DNA from: Promethearchaeia archaeon | GTDB lineage: Archaea > Asgardarchaeota > Lokiarchaeia > Sigyniarchaeales > SOKP01 | Assembly: GCA_029856125.1 (NCBI GenBank) | Contig: JAHQWJ010000107.1 | Location: forward strand, 1 to 64,000 | Direction of reading: 5' to 3' | Length of the DNA stretch: 64,000 nucleotides | In this document: one piece after another, positions 58,375 to 64,000 of the stretch | How the letters are laid out: each line of letters starts with the position of its first letter | How positions within the stretch are numbered: position 1 is the first letter of the stretch | Program-made: the position numbers and the translations under genes | Notes under the pieces: model-generated | The model's input: only the letters and a program-made list of their open reading frames with translations | The model's database searches: none | What the model was told of the DNA's origin: nothing

Positions 58375-59384
58375 TAATTATCCTCCAGATTCTTGACCAA
58401 ATCTTTATAGCGCTTTGGTTCTTCTTCAAAAATGAATAATGTCGGACTGACAACAACTCCGCTTCCACCAATATCTCTCAATGCTCTTATAGTTTCCGTT
58501 AACTTCTTCTTTTCAACAATTATATGAATAGCAAACCAAGATCCTCCCTTAGAAGATATAACAGGTGAAATCGTTGGACCTTGAAGGCCTTTTAGACTTT
58601 CGTTAGTAAACATTTTTTGAGCTACATCTTCAGGATCATTCCCCCGCATATTTATGAAAACTGAAACATAGTCTTTTGCTCTTATAGTCGCTTCAAAGTA
58701 TTCAAGAAATGTCCGAGAAATATCCAAAACAATTTGATTTTCTTTTAAGTTTTTACGGTTTGCGATAAAACAAGCTTGGGATTGAAGAATACAACCATCT
58801 TGTAACCGCTTCAACCTATTATCTTTGAGTGTTTGTCCAGAGGAGACTAACTCGACAATTATATCCGAATATCCTAATGTAGGAGCAACCTCAATAGTGC
58901 CTTCAGCCTTAAATAATTTAAAATCAAGTTCGTGCTTATTAAAAAAGTCTTCTGTCAATAGAGGAAACTTAGAAGCAACCCGTAAAATTTCATTTCGATG
59001 TTTCAAATCTTTCATCGAGTTTTCTTTCCAGTTTTCAGGTATCGATACTTCTAGGGTACATGCCCCAAATTCTAAATTATCGTGAATAATTACAATTTTA
59101 TCTGGATCTTTAAGTGTTAACTCGGTTAGTATATCCAAACCAACAATACCAAAAGCTAAATTCCCATTAAATACGCCATTTATAATATCTTTTTGCCGCT
59201 GAAATACTACTTGTATATTTGGGAATCCTTCTAACCATCCAATGTATTGTTGCCTATTTCTTTTTAGTTTGAAACCACACGAATTAAGAAATTCTTGTGT
59301 TTCAGACGCCATACGGCCTTTTGATGGTATTCCGATTCTTACCAATTGTGAATCTGATTTTTCTTTCTCATTTTTAGCTTCCAT
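58374..59384 (-). CDS. hisG: ATP phosphoribosyltransferase, long form
   Basis: IPSKGRM, GIVGLD, VASKFP, GTIEVAP, ELVSSGQTLKDNRL, C-terminal regulatory domain GLQGPTISPV. Confidence 0.93.
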   Translation of the reverse strand: MEAKNEKEKSDSQLVRIGIPSKGRMASETQEFLNSCGFKLKRNRQQYIGWLEGFPNIQVVFQRQKDIINGVFNGNLAFGIVGLDILTELTLKDPDKIVIIHDNLEFGACTLEVSIPENWKENSMKDLKHRNEILRVASKFPLLTEDFFNKHELDFKLFKAEGTIEVAPTLGYSDIIVELVSSGQTLKDNRLKRLQDGCILQSQACFIANRKNLKENQIVLDISRTFLEYFEATIRAKDYVSVFINMRGNDPEDVAQKMFTNESLKGLQGPTISPVISSKGGSWFAIHIIVEKKKLTETIRALRDIGGSGVVVSPTLFIFEEEPKRYKDLVKNLEDN

Positions 59385-60567
59385 AATTTCTTCTACTCCA
59401 TAGTTCGTTTAATATATCTTGAAGGTTAATTTCTTTTTTAGCCATTAAAACCATAATAAAATACAATAAATCTGCAATTTCCCAAACTAAATTTTCATCA
59501 TTAGTGTAATTAATGACTTCATTGCTTTCTTCTCGAATTTTTTCCATAATTGATTGATCGTCTTTTGAGATTTTGCTCGTATATGAATTAGCGGTTGGAT
59601 TTAAAATTCTATCTTGAATAATTTCATATAAATCTGATAATTCGAATTCTTTATTGCCAAAACAGGAATATCTCTGCAAATGACACGCAACTCCCTCTTG
59701 ACGAACATTAAATAACAAGGTATCTTGATCGCAGTCATATCTTGCCGTATTTAGCGTCTGGCGATTTCCCGACGTTTCTCCTTTAACCCAAATTGATTTT
59801 CGAGAACGACTATAATAAACGCCTTTCTTTTGAATTAAGGCTTGAGTTAAAGACTCCTGAGAGGAAAAGGCAAGCATTAAAACTTGACCGTGTTCGTCTT
59901 GAACAATAGTAGGAATTAAACCCTCGAGTTTCTGAAAATCTAAGGTAGATTTAAAGATTCGAAGCATTTCCTTATTTTTAAATACACCAGATGAACAAAT
60001 CAATGGATTTACTCCTTTTTTCTCTAGTAGTTCAGTAAATGTATTATTAGCATCAAGAAAAGTTAGTGGATAATTATTAAAATCCGAGATGTAGTTTAAC
60101 ACTTCAGCAACGATACTTTCATCAATAGTAAAATCTGGGTCATAATCAATCAGAAGTTCTGAACAATAAGGAACTACTTTTGTAACTATTTTTTTTAACT
60201 CTGTTTTTAGACCAGTTAAATTGTTATTAAGGAGTGAGGTTTTTCGAAGCGTAATTCTTGCTATTATAATCTTTTTTGATATGCTTTTGCTTATTTCTTC
60301 GACCTTATTCTCAGGAATTATAATTTTTTTCACGCCCTTCTGCAACACTAATCTTACTGTTTCTACAGTAGGCGAGTTTATCATTAAATTGCATTCGGCA
60401 ACCTTACAAATCCCCTTCAAAAGGTTATAAGAGTCAATATCATTTGCTACTACACTACCAAAATAATTAATACTTTTTGCATAGTTAATTATAAAATTCT
60501 CATCGACTTTTGACTGATTTTCAAATGATGATTTAATTTTGCTGATATTCAACTCAAATTTTAACAT
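59374..60567 (-). CDS. hisIE: Bifunctional PR-AMP cyclohydrolase/PR-ATP pyrophosphatase with an extra N-terminal domain of about 200 aa
   Basis: GLIPTIVQD, YYSRSR..WVKGETSGN, DCDQD, ACH..SCF (HisI); SYTS, KIREE, EIADLLY (HisE). Confidence 0.9.
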   Translation of the reverse strand: MLKFELNISKIKSSFENQSKVDENFIINYAKSINYFGSVVANDIDSYNLLKGICKVAECNLMINSPTVETVRLVLQKGVKKIIIPENKVEEISKSISKKIIIARITLRKTSLLNNNLTGLKTELKKIVTKVVPYCSELLIDYDPDFTIDESIVAEVLNYISDFNNYPLTFLDANNTFTELLEKKGVNPLICSSGVFKNKEMLRIFKSTLDFQKLEGLIPTIVQDEHGQVLMLAFSSQESLTQALIQKKGVYYSRSRKSIWVKGETSGNRQTLNTARYDCDQDTLLFNVRQEGVACHLQRYSCFGNKEFELSDLYEIIQDRILNPTANSYTSKISKDDQSIMEKIREESNEVINYTNDENLVWEIADLLYFIMVLMAKKEINLQDILNELWSRRNYGS

Positions 60568-60724
60568 AAAAACAGTTGCTATAAGTTAATTCTATTGCTG
60601 TATAGTTACTTATCATTCTCGTGGAGTTATAAATCTTATTTCTAATTTTCTATTCAGATTAACAAAATTTATAATTCAAACGAATCTTAAGTAAGATCAG
60701 ATATTGTAAGGTGGAGTAAGTTAT

Positions 60725-61765
60725 ATGGTAAAAGGGAATAAATATGGAACGCATAGAGTTATTGAGCCTAAAGGTACGCTTCCTCAACCGGCGTTAAAAA
60801 TTTCGAATGATATGTCTATATTCGACAATGAAATATTAATAAATGTTGAATATTTGAACATCGATTCCGCAAGCTTTACTCAATTAAAGGAAGAAGCGGG
60901 AGGAGATGTTGAAAAAATAAAATCTAAAATCTTGGAAATTGTTCAAGAGCGGGGAAAAATGCAAAACCCAGTTACTGGTTCAGGTGGAATGCTAATAGGA
61001 AAAGTAGAAAAGATAGGTACTGACTTACAAGATAAAATCGATTTACACATAGGAGATAGGATTGCATCACTTGTCTCTCTCTCGTTAACTCCCCTCAAAA
61101 TTGAAAAAATCTTAGATATTAATCCAGATATAGATCGAGTCGAGATTGAGGGAAAAGCTATCCTTTTTGAAAGCGGAATTTACGCAAAATTGCCTGGAGA
61201 TGTGGAAGCCACACTCGCGTTAGCCGCCCTTGATGTTGCCGGTGCTCCAGCACAAGTAAAGAATCTGGTGAAGGAAGGCAATAATGTTCTCATTCTTGGT
61301 GCTACGGGAAAATCTGGACTTATGTGTTCGTACATGGCTAAAAAAATGGTTGGGAATGGAGGAAAAGTTATAGGACAGGCTAGAAACGAGGCTCGAGCCG
61401 AATTTCTTAGAGAAACCGAGTTTTGCCACGAAGTTATTGTTGCTGATGTATTAAATCCAATAAATATCCTAGAAGAAACTCTAAAAGCTAATGGGGGGCG
61501 TGAAGTAGATATAACCATTAATTGCTTGAGTATCCCAAACTCAGAATTATCTTCTATCCTTCCCGTAAGAGATAATGGTATTGTATATTTCTTTTCAATG
61601 GCCACCAGCTTTACTAAAGCAGCTTTGGGAGCTGAAGGAATAGGTAAAGATGTAATGATGATAATTGGCAATGGGTATACTAAAAATCACGCACAAATTA
61701 CCTTAGATTTATTACGAGAATCTGGTACTCTTAGAAGAATTTTTAAGGAAAAATATACAAAATAA
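60725..61765 (+). CDS. kdd: L-erythro-3,5-diaminohexanoate dehydrogenase
   Basis: YGTHRVIEPKGTLPQPA, LNIDSASF, RGKMQNPVTGSGGML, LVSLSLTPL, LDVAGAP, FFSMATSF..AALGAEG. Confidence 0.9.
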   Translation: MVKGNKYGTHRVIEPKGTLPQPALKISNDMSIFDNEILINVEYLNIDSASFTQLKEEAGGDVEKIKSKILEIVQERGKMQNPVTGSGGMLIGKVEKIGTDLQDKIDLHIGDRIASLVSLSLTPLKIEKILDINPDIDRVEIEGKAILFESGIYAKLPGDVEATLALAALDVAGAPAQVKNLVKEGNNVLILGATGKSGLMCSYMAKKMVGNGGKVIGQARNEARAEFLRETEFCHEVIVADVLNPINILEETLKANGGREVDITINCLSIPNSELSSILPVRDNGIVYFFSMATSFTKAALGAEGIGKDVMMIIGNGYTKNHAQITLDLLRESGTLRRIFKEKYTK

Positions 61766-61811
61766 AAGTTTAATCTAAATCTAAAAAAAAAGAAATTTTA
61801 ATATTAGTTTA

Positions 61812-62135
61812 TTATCCGGGTGGAGTTTGTCCAATTGATGAATAGGCTTCTTCTATAGTGGCCCACGTCTCTATTGAATATTTAAATCCAGGGACTGTTA
61901 AATACATGTTTACCATAGCCATAGCACGTCTTCTAATTGCTTCTAATTTCCCTTCCTTTACCAGTATTACACTAAGTGATTTTATACCGTCCATATCGGC
62001 ATTTATAGCATTAGGCACAAGATCATCCCCAAGACTATCATCTGGTGGAAATTTTTTATTAACTTCAATAGCTTTTTTTACCATCTCTGCTGTCGACTCA
62101 CCAGGCCAACGAACAAAGGTAACTAAATAGGGCAT
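61812..62135 (-). CDS. Small hypothetical protein
   Basis: Clean 107-aa ORF with GAGG RBS-like sequence upstream; no recognisable motif. Confidence 0.6.
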   Translation of the reverse strand: MPYLVTFVRWPGESTAEMVKKAIEVNKKFPPDDSLGDDLVPNAINADMDGIKSLSVILVKEGKLEAIRRRAMAMVNMYLTVPGFKYSIETWATIEEAYSSIGQTPPG

Positions 62136-62381
62136 TTTTAATTCCTCTTTAGATTATTACATTTTTGTATGGATTTTAAATAACTTGCAATTAAAATTAA
62201 TTCAGATCTCTTATTTAAATATTTACATTCTTGTCAATATTAAATTAAATTTTATTTTAAATTAAATTTTGTGAGATGTGAGACGAACATGAACCTTAGA
62301 ATATTTCTCCCTCAAACTCCTAAACTTTAACAAATAAAAAAAATTAGTTACGATAATAAATTAAGATTTCTGGAAACTATC

Positions 62382-63620
62382 ATGAAAGTAAATAGGCGAA
62401 TGGAGCTATTTGGGAAAGTAAGCGACGAAGATTGGAACAACTGGAGATGGCAATTTAGAAATAGGATTACTACTCTCGAGGATCTCAAAGAATTCATTCC
62501 ATTAACCAAGGAGGAAGATGATCCTAGTATTTTGGAAAAGATGAGAATGGCTATCACCCCTTATTATTTATCATTAATCGATCCTCACGATCCATACGAT
62601 CCAATTCGCAAACAAGCAATCCCTACAATCCATGAACTCCATAAATCTTCTGCTGATTTGATAGATCCGCTTCACGAAGATGTTGACAGCCCTACTCCCG
62701 GGCTAACTCATAGATATCCTGATCGTGTATTATTTTTAATTACGGAAAATTGTAGTATGTATTGTAGACACTGTACTCGAAGGAGGTTTGCAGGTCATCA
62801 CGATAAAGCACCTCCAAAAGATCAGATAGATAAATGTATAGATTATATCCAGGAAACACCCTCAATTAGGGACGTCTTATTATCAGGAGGAGATGCGATG
62901 CTTATCTCAGATAAATTATTAGAGGATATCCTGATAAGATTAAAGGAGATCTCGCATGTGGAAATCGTTCGGTTAGGTTCTAGAAGTCCGGTTGTTATGC
63001 CACAGAGAATTACTCCTGATTTATGCGAGATGCTTAAACAATATCACCCCGTATGGTTTAACACTCACTTTAATCATCCGAACGAAATCACTGAAGACTC
63101 TAAGAGAGCATGTGAAATGCTAGCAAATGCAGGTATCCCCCTCGGAAATCAATCAGTATTATTAAGGGGCGTAAACGACTGTATTCATGTTATGAAAAAG
63201 CTGGTCCATGAACTAGTAAAAATTAGAGTTCGTCCATATTATATTTACCAATGCGATTTATCCGTAGGGCTTGGGCATTTCAGGACAAGTGTTGCTCAAG
63301 GAATTGAAATTATCGAGGGTTTAAGAGGTCACACGTCTGGTTTGTGCGTTCCCACATTTGTTGTTGATGCTCCGGGTGGGGGAGGAAAAATCCCTGTAAT
63401 GCCTGATTATACCATTTCTCAAGGAAACAGTAGAGTTGTTTTAAGGAATTTCGAAGGAGTTATAACGACCTACGAAGAACCTACGAATTACATACCAGAA
63501 TGTCATTGCGAAGATTGCGAACAACAAATAGGGGTTTCAGCATTATTAAGCGGTCAAAAGACGACTATTGAACCCGATGATTTAGAACGAAATATAAGAA
63601 AAAAAAGACTAAGTAAATAA
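62382..63620 (+). CDS. kamA: Lysine 2,3-aminomutase (radical SAM, PLP)
   Basis: WNNWRWQ, THRYPDRVL, CSMYCRHCTRRR, LLSGGD, NTHFNHP, LGNQSVLL, RPYYIYQCD, DAPGGGGKIP, CHCEDC. Confidence 0.95.
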   Translation: MKVNRRMELFGKVSDEDWNNWRWQFRNRITTLEDLKEFIPLTKEEDDPSILEKMRMAITPYYLSLIDPHDPYDPIRKQAIPTIHELHKSSADLIDPLHEDVDSPTPGLTHRYPDRVLFLITENCSMYCRHCTRRRFAGHHDKAPPKDQIDKCIDYIQETPSIRDVLLSGGDAMLISDKLLEDILIRLKEISHVEIVRLGSRSPVVMPQRITPDLCEMLKQYHPVWFNTHFNHPNEITEDSKRACEMLANAGIPLGNQSVLLRGVNDCIHVMKKLVHELVKIRVRPYYIYQCDLSVGLGHFRTSVAQGIEIIEGLRGHTSGLCVPTFVVDAPGGGGKIPVMPDYTISQGNSRVVLRNFEGVITTYEEPTNYIPECHCEDCEQQIGVSALLSGQKTTIEPDDLERNIRKKRLSK

Positions 63621-63770
63621 AAATTCTTTTTAAATTTTAGTAGAAAAACTTCTAAAGGGGAGAGTATTTAAATTATTTAATTTTAATAATTCCTATTTAA
63701 TGAAAAAAGACTACAATTAACAACTCTCGTGGGATATATTTTTAATTAAATAAATTAGAATGTGTTTATA

Positions 63771-64000
63771 ATGACAGAAAACTTAGCAAATCAACAAACA
63801 TTCAAAAATTATCTCTTTTTTTGGGCAGGGCAACTATTTTCAATATTAGGGTCATCAATCACTCAGTTTGTAATAATTTGGTGGATCACAATTACTACGG
63901 GAAGTATCTTAATTCTTTCTATAGCGAGTTTTATATATATTTTACCGATGACAATTGTAATTCCGATTGCGGGTGTATTAACGGATAAATGGAATCGTAA
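63771..64000 (+). CDS. MFS efflux transporter (MefA/DHA3-like), truncated by window end
   Basis: MTENLANQQTFKNYLFFWAGQLFSILGSSITQFVIIWWIT..IPIAGVLTDKWNR. Confidence 0.8.
   Translation, partial: MTENLANQQTFKNYLFFWAGQLFSILGSSITQFVIIWWITITTGSILILSIASFIYILPMTIVIPIAGVLTDKWNR

Noticed and set aside
1-64000. Genome-wide UGA reassignment to Trp or Gly
   Set aside because: Many complete genes end in TGA at their normal C-termini, Trp is encoded by TGG, and in-frame TGAs occur only at Cys-homologous sites in SECIS-linked genes

Overview
AT-rich archaeal window. Gene content and RNA signals point to Asgard archaea, most likely Lokiarchaeia (inference). The main signal is a selenocysteine recoding system that the ORF track misses: four genes carry eight in-frame TGA codons at conserved Cys positions. 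These are hdrA (3 Sec), mvhD/vhuD (2 Sec), a UxxC peroxiredoxin-like gene and a paralog with a UxxU motif. Three eukaryote-like 3'-UTR SECIS elements accompany them (AUGA-N/N-GA core, 8-bp helix, AAA loop), and each has an extra 3' hairpin with an NGCA loop. One SECIS appears to serve both hdrA and mvhD. Eukaryote-like SECIS in Lokiarchaeota is established; the details reported here were read directly from the sequence. Around 1.5-16 kb is a redox cluster: HdrA-MvhD-FdhB-polyferredoxin, a tungsten AOR with its Fe-S subunit, an HdrD-like protein with an inserted GltD module, and NfnAB. The window also has fatty-acid and amino-acid catabolic genes, a RapA-like SNF2 ATPase, a HEPN-MNT pair, and a lysine fermentation cluster (kal-kce ... 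kdd-kamA). That cluster is split by a his operon with unusual fusions (HisA-HisF; a degenerate barrel domain fused to HisIE). No rRNA, tRNA, CRISPR array or transposase was recognised.
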